Source of the DNA: an uncultured Alcaligenaceae bacterium
Lineage (GTDB): Bacteria > Pseudomonadota > Gammaproteobacteria > Burkholderiales > JACQAP01
DNA length: 41,513 bases
Reading direction: 5' to 3'
NCBI GenBank assembly: GCA_964650365.1
Contig: CAZYTR010000090.1
Location: 1-41,513, forward strand
A program made the translations under genes and the position numbers. Below the pieces are notes generated by a model, which was not told where the DNA came from, ran no database searches, and saw only the letters and a list, made by a program, of their open reading frames with translations. Numbering within the stretch: the first letter of the stretch is position 1; each line of letters begins with the position of its first letter. Below, piece by piece: positions 15,688 through 24,569 of the stretch.

Positions 15688-17733
15688 TTAGCGGGTAATA
15701 CCCAGCACGCCAAGAACAAAGGCATAGGTGAAGGCAGTTTCCCTGAGGAACTCGTACCTGCCCGAGGCCCCGCCATGGCCGGCGTCCATATTGATGCGCA
15801 GCAGCAACGGATTGTGGTCGGTCTTGAGGCGCCGCAGCCTGGCCACGTACTTGGCCGGTTCCCAGTACATCACCTGGCTGTCGTTGAACGAGGTCTCGAC
15901 CAGCATCGCTGGATAGTCTTTTGCGGCGAGGTTGTCGCAGGGTGAATACGACTTCATGTAGTCGTAGTAAACCTTGTCCTTCGGATTGCCCCACTCTTCG
16001 TATTCGCCGGTGGTGAGCGGCAGCCGATCGTCGAGCATGGTATTGATGACATCAACGAAAGGCACGTCGGCCACGACCGCGCAAAATAGTTCGGGGCGCA
16101 GGTTGGTCACGGCACCCACCAGAAGGCCACCGGCGCTGCCTCCCTGGATCACCAGCCTGCCCGGATCGGTGTAGTGCTCGCGATTCAGGTGCTCGGCGCA
16201 GGCGATGAAATCGCTGAACGTGTTCTTCTTGTTGAGCATCCGCCCTTCGTCGTGCCAGCGCTTGCCCATTTCCCCGCCACCGCGAACGTGCGCGATCGCA
16301 TAGATCACGCCGCGATCGAGAAGCGACAACCGCGCCGAACTGAAGTCCACGTCCAACGGATGACCGTAGGCGCCGTACCCATAGAGCAGCAGCGGCTGCG
16401 CGGCGCTGCCGCGCCGGTCGACGCGATACACCAGCGAAACCGGCACGCGCGTGCCGTCAGGGGCGACCGAGTAATGCAACTCCGAGCGATACTTCTCCGG
16501 CTCATAGCCGCGCACTTCGCGTTGCTTGAGCATTTTGCGTTCGCGGCGGTCGAGGTGATAGTCGTACTCCGTGTCGGGAGTGACGTACGAACTGTAGTGA
16601 AAGCGGTATACATCGGTATCGAACTCGAAATTGGTGCCGCCGCCGACTGAATACACCGGCTCGGGCATGGCGATCTCATGGGTCTCGCCGTCCGCGAGGC
16701 GCGTCACGCGCAGCCTTGGGAAGCCTCCCGCGCGTTCGTGCGCGACCAGATGACGGGCGAATACATCCACGCCCTCCAGCATGACGTCCGCGCGGTGCGC
16801 GACTTTCTCCTTCCAGTTGCCGGGAGCGGGATCCTCCGCGGATGCCGTGACCAGGCGGAAGTTGCGCCCCTTGTCGTTGGTGACGATGTAGAACAGTCCC
16901 TGTCCATGATCCACGTAGTATTCGTGATCCGGCTGCCGGGCCGCCACCAGTCTCCAGGCGGACGCGGGCGCATCGGCCGGAAGAAAGCGCACCTCGGAAG
17001 TCGTGGCGCTGTGGGAAGTCAGAAACAGGACCGCGCGGCTGCGTGAGCGCGCTACCGAAAGAGAGAAGCGCGCATCGGCCTCCTCGTAGATGAGCTGGTC
17101 ATCCTTGCTCCCCACAAGGTGGCGGCAAAGGCGGTATGCGCGCTTGGTGCTGTCTTCCCTGACGTAGAACAGCGTGCGGTTGTCGCTGGCCCAGGCGACC
17201 GAGCGCACTTTCTCGATGCGGTCGGAAAGAACCCTGCCGTTGCGCAGGTCCTTCAGATGCAGCGTGTACTCGCGGAAGCCGCTGGTATCCGACGAATAGG
17301 CAAGCAGGTGTCCGTCGGGGCTGATTTCGACCGCTCCCACGGAGTAGAACTTGTGGCCCTTCGCCAGCCGGTTGATATCCAGGATCACGTTCTCGGCCGC
17401 GTCCGGGTTGCCGTGCCTGCGGCAAAAAATGCGGTACTGCTTGCCTTTCTCCGTGCGCGAGTAATAGTAGAAGGCGCCCTCGCGGTACGGAACCTCGGCA
17501 TCGGTTTCCTTGATGCGCGCCACCATCTCCTTGTAGAGCTTCTTCTGCAGGCCCGCCGAGGGCTTCATCATCGCCGCGGTGTACGCGTTCTCGGCGCGCA
17601 GGCAGGCGCGTACCGCAGGGCTGGCTTTGTTGCGCAGCCAGTGATAATCGTCCACGCGACGCTCGCCGTGCGCGACCGTGACCTGGGGTACGCGCCTGGC
17701 AACGGGTGGCACGCGAATCGGGCTTCGGGACAC
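15688..17733 (-). CDS. ptrB: oligopeptidase B (S9A prolyl oligopeptidase family)
   Basis: A GTG at 17733 lies 7 nt after AAGGAG and gives 681 aa. The sequence HGERRVDDYHWLRNK, a beta-propeller region and the catalytic GGSAGGLL serine motif are typical of PtrB. The track start at 17964 adds 77 non-homologous residues. Confidence 0.85.
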   Translation of the reverse strand: MSRSPIRVPPVARRVPQVTVAHGERRVDDYHWLRNKASPAVRACLRAENAYTAAMMKPSAGLQKKLYKEMVARIKETDAEVPYREGAFYYYSRTEKGKQYRIFCRRHGNPDAAENVILDINRLAKGHKFYSVGAVEISPDGHLLAYSSDTSGFREYTLHLKDLRNGRVLSDRIEKVRSVAWASDNRTLFYVREDSTKRAYRLCRHLVGSKDDQLIYEEADARFSLSVARSRSRAVLFLTSHSATTSEVRFLPADAPASAWRLVAARQPDHEYYVDHGQGLFYIVTNDKGRNFRLVTASAEDPAPGNWKEKVAHRADVMLEGVDVFARHLVAHERAGGFPRLRVTRLADGETHEIAMPEPVYSVGGGTNFEFDTDVYRFHYSSYVTPDTEYDYHLDRRERKMLKQREVRGYEPEKYRSELHYSVAPDGTRVPVSLVYRVDRRGSAAQPLLLYGYGAYGHPLDVDFSSARLSLLDRGVIYAIAHVRGGGEMGKRWHDEGRMLNKKNTFSDFIACAEHLNREHYTDPGRLVIQGGSAGGLLVGAVTNLRPELFCAVVADVPFVDVINTMLDDRLPLTTGEYEEWGNPKDKVYYDYMKSYSPCDNLAAKDYPAMLVETSFNDSQVMYWEPAKYVARLRRLKTDHNPLLLRINMDAGHGGASGRYEFLRETAFTYAFVLGVLGITR

Positions 17734-17844
17734 TTGAACGCTCCTTGGATGAAACGGCTGAATGACACCTGCCGGCCGAAAAGCATGCGACCTGGACCCG
17801 GCAGACCTTACAATTGCGGCTCGATCAACGAAACGGAAAGCAGT

Positions 17845-18024
17845 ATGAAGGGCTACGAATCGGACGTCACCCGCTTCATCCGGGATTTCCTTGCCAGGAA
17901 CCCCGAGGTGGTTGCGAAACAGGAGAAGGCCCGCGCCACCTGGTGGGACCGGCCGCAGGATCACAACGAAAACGCGGCGCTGGAAGCCGCCAGGGTTCCC
18001 AAGAAACCCTACGATTACTATTGA
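17845..18024 (+). CDS. small conserved protein, DUF3460-like
   Basis: An ATG at 17845 gives 59 aa (MKGYESDVTRFIRDFLARNPEVVAKQEKARATWWDRPQD...KKPYDYY). It resembles the ~60-aa betaproteobacterial DUF3460 family, recalled from memory only. Confidence 0.55.
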   Translation: MKGYESDVTRFIRDFLARNPEVVAKQEKARATWWDRPQDHNENAALEAARVPKKPYDYY

Positions 18025-18141
18025 TCCGCCCGCTCCCGGCAGGTTCCTGACGCAAGTTGCAGCAGAACGTGAAACTCGCCAACGTCGGAGCCAACGTGTC
18101 CTACGGGGCTGAAGTCCGCATCAATTAGCGACGGGACCCGC

Positions 18142-19332
18142 ATGGACACAAGCCGGAAAAACGTGATCGCTCTGGCGGCGTGCCAGGCGTTGCTGATCAC
18201 CAACAACATCATGATGATCTCCATCGGCACGCTGGCAGCGGATACGCTTGCCCGCAACAAGTTGTGGGTCACGGCGCCCGCCACCGCATATATCATCGGC
18301 GGCGGGTTGGCGACATTGCCGGTTTCACTGCTGATGAAGCGCTACGGCCGCCGCACCGGGTTCATATTGGGCTGCGTGTTCGGAATGGCGGGCGGGGCGC
18401 TAGCCGCCACGGCGATGGCGCTGCACAGTTTCGAGCTGTTGTGCCTGGCGGCGCTGGTTGCCGGCGTGTATACCGGCTCCGGCGGCTTCTACCGCTTCGC
18501 CGCAGCAGATGCCGCGAGCCCGGATTTCCGCAGCAAGGCGATTTCGCTTGTGCTCGCCGGGGGCATCGTCGGCGGTGTATTCGGTCCCGAGAGCAGCAAA
18601 CTCACCAGGGATCTGCTGGACGTCACCTTTCTCGGCTCATTCCTGTCGCTGATCGTGCTTGCTTTTCTGGCGATCCTGATCCTGCGGCGCCTGGATCTGC
18701 CGATGCCGTCGCACGAGGAACGGCACGGTCCGGCGCGCCCCCTTGCATCGATCATGCGCCAGCCGGCATTCATCGTCGCGTTGCTCGGCGGCATTACCGC
18801 CTATGGCGTGATGAATCTGCTGATGGCGGCGGCACCGCTGGCGATGCAGATGTGCGCGCATCCTTACAACGCCGCCGTGCTGGTGATCGAGTGGCACATC
18901 ATCGCCATGTTCGCACCGGCTTTCGTGACCGGCCGGCTGATCGCGCGTTTCGGCGTGTTGCCGATGATGTTCCTCGGCGTGATGCTCATGTTCGGCGCGA
19001 TCGCGGTGGCGGTGTCGAACATCTCGGTTGCCGCCTTCTGGACCTCGATGGTGCTGGTGGGTATCGCATGGAACTTTCTGTTCGTCGGCGGCACGACGCT
19101 ACTGACCGAGTGCTACGCGCCGGCCGAGAAGGCCAAGACCCAGGGCATCAACGACCTGTTGATCTACGCCGCCATGGGCACAACCTCGTTGAGTTCCGGC
19201 GCCATCCTCTACAAGCATGGCTGGAGTACGCTCAATTACAGCGCGCTGCCCTTGTTGGTCCTCACCGCCGCAGCCATCCTCTGGCTCGCCGCCCGGCGCC
19301 GCCCGATTGCCGTGCCGGGCGCCATCAAGTGA
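18142..19332 (+). CDS. MFS transporter
   Basis: 396 aa, about 12 predicted TM helices, and an MKRYGRR loop motif between TM2 and TM3. Confidence 0.85.
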   Translation: MDTSRKNVIALAACQALLITNNIMMISIGTLAADTLARNKLWVTAPATAYIIGGGLATLPVSLLMKRYGRRTGFILGCVFGMAGGALAATAMALHSFELLCLAALVAGVYTGSGGFYRFAAADAASPDFRSKAISLVLAGGIVGGVFGPESSKLTRDLLDVTFLGSFLSLIVLAFLAILILRRLDLPMPSHEERHGPARPLASIMRQPAFIVALLGGITAYGVMNLLMAAAPLAMQMCAHPYNAAVLVIEWHIIAMFAPAFVTGRLIARFGVLPMMFLGVMLMFGAIAVAVSNISVAAFWTSMVLVGIAWNFLFVGGTTLLTECYAPAEKAKTQGINDLLIYAAMGTTSLSSGAILYKHGWSTLNYSALPLLVLTAAAILWLAARRRPIAVPGAIK

Positions 19333-19442
19333 CCCGGTTTCCACGATCATGCCTTTGAGACTCAGCATCCTCGACTCCGCATCTCGGGGTGAGATCACAC
19401 CGACACGGCGTTGGCGGAGCCCTCCGGGGCGGGAGGCGTAAC

Positions 19443-20672
19443 GTGGCACGCTATCCGCAAACGGGTGACTCCGCCACTGACGAGTCCGCGCGCCGGGGTG
19501 AGGTGGCGCTCCTGATCGTTCTTGCCGCCGTGCAGTTCACCCACATACTCGACTTCATGGTGCTGATGCCGCTCGGACCGCAACTGATGCGGCTGTGGGG
19601 GATCGACGCGAGCCGCTTCGGCCTGCTGGTTTCCGCTTATACGTTCGCGGCTGCCGCGGCCGCGCTGCTATGCGCGTTCTACATGGATCGCTTCGACCGC
19701 CGCCGAATACTGTTGTTCCTGTACGGCGGATTCGTGCTGTGCGCGCTGTTGTGCGCACTGGCGCCGAATTATGGCTGGCTGCTGGCCGCGCGCGCGATTA
19801 CGGGGGCATTCGGGGGGGTGGCCGGAGCGGCCGTGTTTTCGATCATCGGCGACACGATTCCCGATTCCCGCCGCGGCGCCGCGATGGGCATGCTGATGAT
19901 CGCGTTCCCGATCTCTGCAGTGGCCGGCGTGCCGCTGGGCCTGTTCCTGGCAAACGAGTTCAGCTGGCGCGCACCCTTCATGTTTCTCGCCGTGGTTTCC
20001 TCCCTGGTGCTGGTCGCGGCATGGAAATTCGTCCCGCCGCTGCGCGGCCATGTCTCCGGGGCGCGCCTCAACCCGCTCGCACAGGTGCGTGCCGTCTTCG
20101 GTGACGCCAATCACCGGCGGGCGCTTGCCCTCATCGCGATCCTGCTCTTCGGCGGGTTCTCGGTGGTCCCCTTCATCGCGCCGTACATGGTAGCCAACGT
20201 GGGCCTGAAGGAAACCGATCTGCCTTACATGTATCTTTTCGGCGGGCTAGCAACCGTGTTTACCTCGCGCCTCATCGGCAGAATGGCGGACAAGCACGGC
20301 AAGCGCGAAGTCTTCACCCTGATCGCCACAATTTCCATCGCGCCACTGTTGATCACCACCAATCTGCCGCCGGTACCGGTGTGGGTTGCGATCGCGGCGT
20401 CGGTAGTCTTCATGGTTTTCGTGTCCGGACGGTTTGTGCCGGCAATAGCGCTGGTCACGGGTGCGGCGCAACCGCAACTGCGCGGCAGCTTCATGAGCTT
20501 CAATTCGGCGATCCAGCAGTTTGCGCTGGGTGCGGCCTCGCTGACCTCGGGACTTCTTCTCGGGCATGCCGCCAACGGCGCGTTGACGCGTTACTGGCTG
20601 GCAGGATTGATTGCGGTGGCCTGCACGTTGATCTGCATGCGGCTGGCGTGGCGAGTCAAGTCAGTCGGCTGA
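19443..20672 (+). CDS. MFS transporter
   Basis: A GTG at 19443 lies 6 nt after GGGAGG. 12-TM profile, with FTHILDFMVLMPLGPQL and DRFDRRR motifs. Confidence 0.8.
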   Translation: MARYPQTGDSATDESARRGEVALLIVLAAVQFTHILDFMVLMPLGPQLMRLWGIDASRFGLLVSAYTFAAAAAALLCAFYMDRFDRRRILLFLYGGFVLCALLCALAPNYGWLLAARAITGAFGGVAGAAVFSIIGDTIPDSRRGAAMGMLMIAFPISAVAGVPLGLFLANEFSWRAPFMFLAVVSSLVLVAAWKFVPPLRGHVSGARLNPLAQVRAVFGDANHRRALALIAILLFGGFSVVPFIAPYMVANVGLKETDLPYMYLFGGLATVFTSRLIGRMADKHGKREVFTLIATISIAPLLITTNLPPVPVWVAIAASVVFMVFVSGRFVPAIALVTGAAQPQLRGSFMSFNSAIQQFALGAASLTSGLLLGHAANGALTRYWLAGLIAVACTLICMRLAWRVKSVG

Positions 20673-20701
20673 CACTTGTGGCACGAAAAAAGGGGTCAGC
20701 G

Positions 20702-20762
20702 AAAAAAGGGGTCAGGTCTTGTTTCTTGCAGACCGAGCGAGCAAGAAACAAGACCTGACTCC
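20702..20762 (-). terminator. rho-independent terminator of the GST gene, a member of the GGGGTCAGG hairpin family
   Basis: Perfect 19-bp stem GTCAGGTCTTGTTTCTTGC (20711-20729) / GCAAGAAACAAGACCTGAC (20741-20759) with an 11-nt loop. On the minus strand it is followed by TTTTTT. Convergent genes lie on both sides. Confidence 0.7.
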
Positions 20763-20769
20763 GTTCTCC

Positions 20770-21555
20770 TCAGGCCGCTGTTCGAGAGGGGGTCTCGCTG
20801 GACACTCCGCGGTGGCGAGCATACGTGTCCAGAACCCAGCGAAATCCTCGTCGAGCGGCGACGCTCTGTCTTAGTTGCAGGAGTTCAGGCGGCCACGGCT
20901 CGGGCAACGGATAGGGAAACTCCGGAGGCCGGATGATCGCCGTCATCACCGCTGCAGCAGCGAGGTCGGCAACACTGAAGCGATCACCGACAAGATAGCC
21001 GCTTGGGCCGATTTCGGATTCGAGCCGGTCGAAATGCGAGTGCAATCGCTGCCGCGCCTCGCTCAGCCGCCGGGCATCCATGCCCATATTGCGGCGGAAC
21101 AGCGGGCGCATCAAAGGAAAGAAGGCGCGCCAAACGAGCCGCGTGCCGGCGGAAGAACCGTCCGTCGCCATACGCGCACACGCCGCGGGGTGGTTGATGT
21201 AAGTCGCCCAAAAAAGGCGGCGCAGATCGGGTGCTACTTGTTCGTCAAAGTATGCCTGGATCGCCAACGCGCGCTGGCGGTCAGCCGAGCGCGCCGGGTA
21301 TAGCGGCGGATCGGGTCGCAGACGCTCGATTTCCGCCAGGATGTAACTCGAGCCGGCCAGCACGCGGCGATCGATTTCGAGGACGGGAAGCTGACTCTGC
21401 CCGCTGAGCCAGCGGACCAGCGGCACGTGAAAGCCCGGAACAAGGGCCGTTCGTCGGTGGGGCCAGCGTTTGAAATCGAGCGCCCACCGCACCTTCTCGT
21501 TGTAATGCGAGACACGGAAGTGCAGCAACCGCGGTGGTTTTTCTGGCAAAGTCAT
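20770..21555 (-). CDS. glutathione S-transferase family protein
   Basis: 261 aa with an N-terminal thioredoxin-like GST fold (LLHFRVSHYNEKVRWALDFK....PVL). Confidence 0.8.
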   Translation of the reverse strand: MTLPEKPPRLLHFRVSHYNEKVRWALDFKRWPHRRTALVPGFHVPLVRWLSGQSQLPVLEIDRRVLAGSSYILAEIERLRPDPPLYPARSADRQRALAIQAYFDEQVAPDLRRLFWATYINHPAACARMATDGSSAGTRLVWRAFFPLMRPLFRRNMGMDARRLSEARQRLHSHFDRLESEIGPSGYLVGDRFSVADLAAAAVMTAIIRPPEFPYPLPEPWPPELLQLRQSVAARRGFRWVLDTYARHRGVSSETPSRTAA

Positions 21556-21641
21556 GCATCGTTCCCCGGGCCGGCTAAGCGTATGTCTGCGTTGGGGCCG
21601 CCCAACGAGGTTGTTGTAATTTCGATTTCTGGCGACCTACA

Positions 21642-22199
21642 CTAACTTGTCAGTCTCGCGAAGACGGTCTTCAGATCCACCACTTCGCCATAGGCGGACG
21701 CCAGCGCGGCCATGAAGGCGCCGTGCACCAGCGGGGAAGGAATGACATTGCCGCCGAAAACAAGTTCGCCGGCCGCGCAGGCGTCCTCGACCACCGTGCA
21801 GCGGTAGCCCATGTCAAATGCGGCCCTGACCGTGGCATCCACGCACAGATTGGTCATCGCGCCGCAGAAGAAAAGTTCCCTGGCCCCGAGCACGTGAAGG
21901 ACCCTGACGAGAGTCGTTTCGCGAAACGCATTCGGGAAGTTCTTGGTGATCAGCATGTCGTCGCCTTCCGGCGCGACACGGGGATCGATTTCTATGCCCG
22001 GCGTGTCTTCGAGAAGGAAGCCCGCCGCCGGATCTTTTGCCACGTGCCGGACGTGAATTACCGGCATCGCCCGCGTGCGGAACAGACCGATCATTTGCGA
22101 GGCTCGCTCGAGCGTTCGCTCGATACCCGCCAGCGGACACCTCCCGTCCGGGAGGTAGTCGCGCTGCAGGCCGATGACGATCAGTGCGGTGTCGAACAT
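21642..22199 (-). CDS. isochorismatase-family cysteine hydrolase
   Basis: An ATG at 22199 gives 185 aa (TALIVIGLQRDY...LFFCGAMTNLCVDATVR), including the catalytic Cys motif of isochorismatase-like hydrolases. Confidence 0.8.
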   Translation of the reverse strand: MFDTALIVIGLQRDYLPDGRCPLAGIERTLERASQMIGLFRTRAMPVIHVRHVAKDPAAGFLLEDTPGIEIDPRVAPEGDDMLITKNFPNAFRETTLVRVLHVLGARELFFCGAMTNLCVDATVRAAFDMGYRCTVVEDACAAGELVFGGNVIPSPLVHGAFMAALASAYGEVVDLKTVFARLTS

Positions 22200-22455
22200 T
22201 TCATTACGCGTGTCGCTGGCTGATGGATTATAGAGACTTGCCCGTGGCGGGCAAATATTGTTGGTCCGCCGGCCTTCCCGTTCGCGTCGTGCCACGGTCA
22301 CGTTTCCTGCCACGAGTCGTTATGAGCGCCATCAAACATGTTTCCCAGGATTCGTCCCGGCTGAGCGCACTCGACTCCGCTGCACGGTTCATCACACGCG
22401 AAGGCGGGAAATTTGGTTCAATACTCAATTCTAGGACGCCTGCCCCAGAAGCCTC

Positions 22456-23910
22456 ATGGAAGACGCAAACGTCAAGTTGGACCGCCGCCGGTTTCTCAAG
22501 CGCTCGACGCTGGTTGCCGGGGGGATCGTCACCACCACCACGCTGCAAGCGCTCACGGCGCATACCGCTTATGCAATCGAATGCAATCCGGATGGTCGCC
22601 GGAGCGGCAAGGACCCGATGGGCAAAGGCTACGGTGACCTCAAGCCGGTAGCCGACCAGAATGGCAACCTCATCCTCGCGCTGCCCGATGGCTTCCATTA
22701 CACGACTTTCAGCAAGACCGGGGATGCCATGAGCGATGGCTTCACGACGCCGGCGATTCATGATGGCATGAGCGCGTTCACGGGTCCCGATTGCACGATT
22801 CGCCTGATTCGCAATCACGAACTTCGCAACGCGGCCGGCGACTTCACTTTCGGCGTGGTCGGACCGGAATCCACTCGCTACGACGTGCTGGCCAGTGGTG
22901 GTTGCACAACCGTGGACTACGATCCGACGCACAAGCGCATCGTCCGCGACTTCATCAGCATCAACGGCACTCTGGTGAACTGCTCCGGCGGACGCGCCTA
23001 CGGGGATGCCGGCTGGATCACCTCGGAAGAGACGACCAGCGGCCCCGACAACGGCTATGGCAAGAAGCACGGTTACAATTTTTTCGTACGCGCGGACATC
23101 AATGCCCCCGAACCGGCGGTGGCATTGAGCGCGATGGGCAGGTTTGCGCATGAGGCCGCCGTTGCCGATCTCGAGAGCGGCATCGTTTACCAGACCGAGG
23201 ATTCCGGCGGCAACAGCGGTTTCTACCGCTTCCTGCCAAATGATCTGCAGAATCTGTCGAGCGGCGGCATGCTGCAAATGGCCAAAATTCGCGATGTCCA
23301 TGGCTACGACACGAGCACCAATCAGACTGTGGGCGCCGAACTTCCGGTCGAGTGGGTCACCGTCGACAATCCCGATCCGGATCCCGTCACCTCCTCCACC
23401 AGTTGCTTCGCACAGGGGCTGGCCAAGGGCGGCGCGCGCTGGAAGCGCCTGGAGGGCATTTTCCGCGGCGACGATGGCACCATGTATTTCGTCTCCACAA
23501 GCGGCGGCAACGCGGCACGTGGTCAACTGTGGCAATTCATTCCCGGCTTCTCCGGCGCTGGCACGCTCGTGCTGGTGTTCGAGTCTCCGAACAGCAGCGT
23601 ACTGGATTCACCGGACAACCTGTGCGTGACGCCTGGCGGCGGCATCCTGTTCTGCGAGGACGACGCCAGCAGCGACCGCGACGCCCATCCGCTTGCACCC
23701 GGGATCACGGACATCAATCGCCTGATCGGCATGGGCCGCAGTGGCGAGCCTTTCGAATTCGCGGTCAATATTTTCAGCGACAGCGAGTTTGCCGGACCCT
23801 GCTACAGCCCGGATGGGGAAATTCTGTTCGTCAACATCCAGGGCGCCAACAGCATCGGCAGCGGCATGACCTGTGCAATTACCGGTCCTTGGCGCCGCGG
23901 GGCGCTGTAA
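22456..23910 (+). CDS. DUF839/PhoX-like exported beta-propeller protein (putative phosphatase)
   Basis: Tat signal (DRRRFLKRSTLVAGGIV). The blocks NCSGG, WITSEE, GRFAHEA, YQTED, PDNL....G.ILFCEDD and SEFAGPCYSPDG..LFVNIQ are typical of DUF839/PhoX. Confidence 0.75.
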   Translation: MEDANVKLDRRRFLKRSTLVAGGIVTTTTLQALTAHTAYAIECNPDGRRSGKDPMGKGYGDLKPVADQNGNLILALPDGFHYTTFSKTGDAMSDGFTTPAIHDGMSAFTGPDCTIRLIRNHELRNAAGDFTFGVVGPESTRYDVLASGGCTTVDYDPTHKRIVRDFISINGTLVNCSGGRAYGDAGWITSEETTSGPDNGYGKKHGYNFFVRADINAPEPAVALSAMGRFAHEAAVADLESGIVYQTEDSGGNSGFYRFLPNDLQNLSSGGMLQMAKIRDVHGYDTSTNQTVGAELPVEWVTVDNPDPDPVTSSTSCFAQGLAKGGARWKRLEGIFRGDDGTMYFVSTSGGNAARGQLWQFIPGFSGAGTLVLVFESPNSSVLDSPDNLCVTPGGGILFCEDDASSDRDAHPLAPGITDINRLIGMGRSGEPFEFAVNIFSDSEFAGPCYSPDGEILFVNIQGANSIGSGMTCAITGPWRRGAL

Positions 23911-23999
23911 CGCGATCAGCGCGAAACCAGGACGATCCAGGCCCCTGCGAGAGTGGGCTTTTCCTTTTTTGGATCGCCGGTTCGCGTTATATTGTCGCC

Positions 24000-24521
24000 A
24001 TGAACCTCGAGCGCATCACCGTCGAATTCCACGCCGAGGAAGACCGCCTGATGTTGCGGGTTTCCTTCGACAAAACCGCGGAAATCCAGTTCTGGTTGAC
24101 GCGCCGGCTGGTCATGCGCGTCTGGCCGGTGCTGCTGCAGATGGCGCAGGCAAGACCGGACATCCAGCTGCAGCGCAGTCCCGAGGCGCGCAACGCTTTG
24201 CTGGGATTCCAGCATGAGAAGGCATTGCATGAGGTCCAATTTTCGCAGGCGACGAACGAACCAGGCCGTGAACACCCGCTGGGCAATGCCCCCATAGTGG
24301 TGAGCAAAGTGCGCGCGCGCCGCAATCAGAAGGGTCAGACCATCCTGTCGCTATTGCCGCGCCAAGGCACGGGCGTGGATCTCACGCTTGGCGACACTCT
24401 GCTGCATGGCGTCCTGAAGCTCATGCAGGACACGGCATCGAAGGCGGAATGGGGCCTCGCGCTCGCGGTCCCGACGCTAGCGCGTGCCGCCGAGGAAGCA
24501 ACCAACCACACCGTCAACTGA
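24000..24521 (+). CDS. hypothetical protein (173 aa)
   Basis: ATG at 24000. No signal peptide and no recognisable family. It lies directly upstream of, and is co-oriented with, the lipoprotein cluster. Confidence 0.45.
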   Translation: MNLERITVEFHAEEDRLMLRVSFDKTAEIQFWLTRRLVMRVWPVLLQMAQARPDIQLQRSPEARNALLGFQHEKALHEVQFSQATNEPGREHPLGNAPIVVSKVRARRNQKGQTILSLLPRQGTGVDLTLGDTLLHGVLKLMQDTASKAEWGLALAVPTLARAAEEATNHTVN

Positions 24522-24569
24522 GACGCGGCTGCGGCGTTCTCGCTGGCACGAACCCCGTTTATCGCGCCT

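Noticed and set aside
17734-17964. N-terminal extensions offered by the ORF track, for example ptrB to 17964, ilvD to 33007, the isochorismatase gene to 22313, the SRPBCC gene to 10544 and amiC to 33539.
   Set aside because: The extensions lack similarity to the respective families, often overlap neighbouring genes, and better starts with Shine-Dalgarno sequences exist at the positions used in the feature table.
22270-22300. Pho box upstream of the PhoX-like gene (CGGTCAC ... CTGCCAC direct half-sites).
   Set aside because: The half-sites match CTGTCAT-type boxes poorly and are spaced about 12 nt rather than 11 nt apart. No second pair is present. I cannot support a PhoB site by eye.
22228-23535. 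Long antisense or overlapping ORFs. Examples: 22228-23535 (-), 11298-12443 (+), 5631-6497 (-), 36143-37435 (+), 37568-38923 (+), 39476-40639 (+), 39804-41030 (-), 31943-32632 (+).
   Set aside because: Each lies opposite or out of frame to a gene with clear family motifs (PhoX-like, ltaE, DsbA-like, giant protein, pntB, ilvD). Their translations are Arg/Ala/Gly/Pro-rich low-complexity strings, as expected from stop-codon-poor frames in high-G+C DNA.
23939-23972. Terminator after the PhoX-like gene (GCCC...GGGC followed by TTTTCCTTTTTT).
   Set aside because: The T-run is good, but the stem is only about 4 bp, which is too weak to call with confidence.
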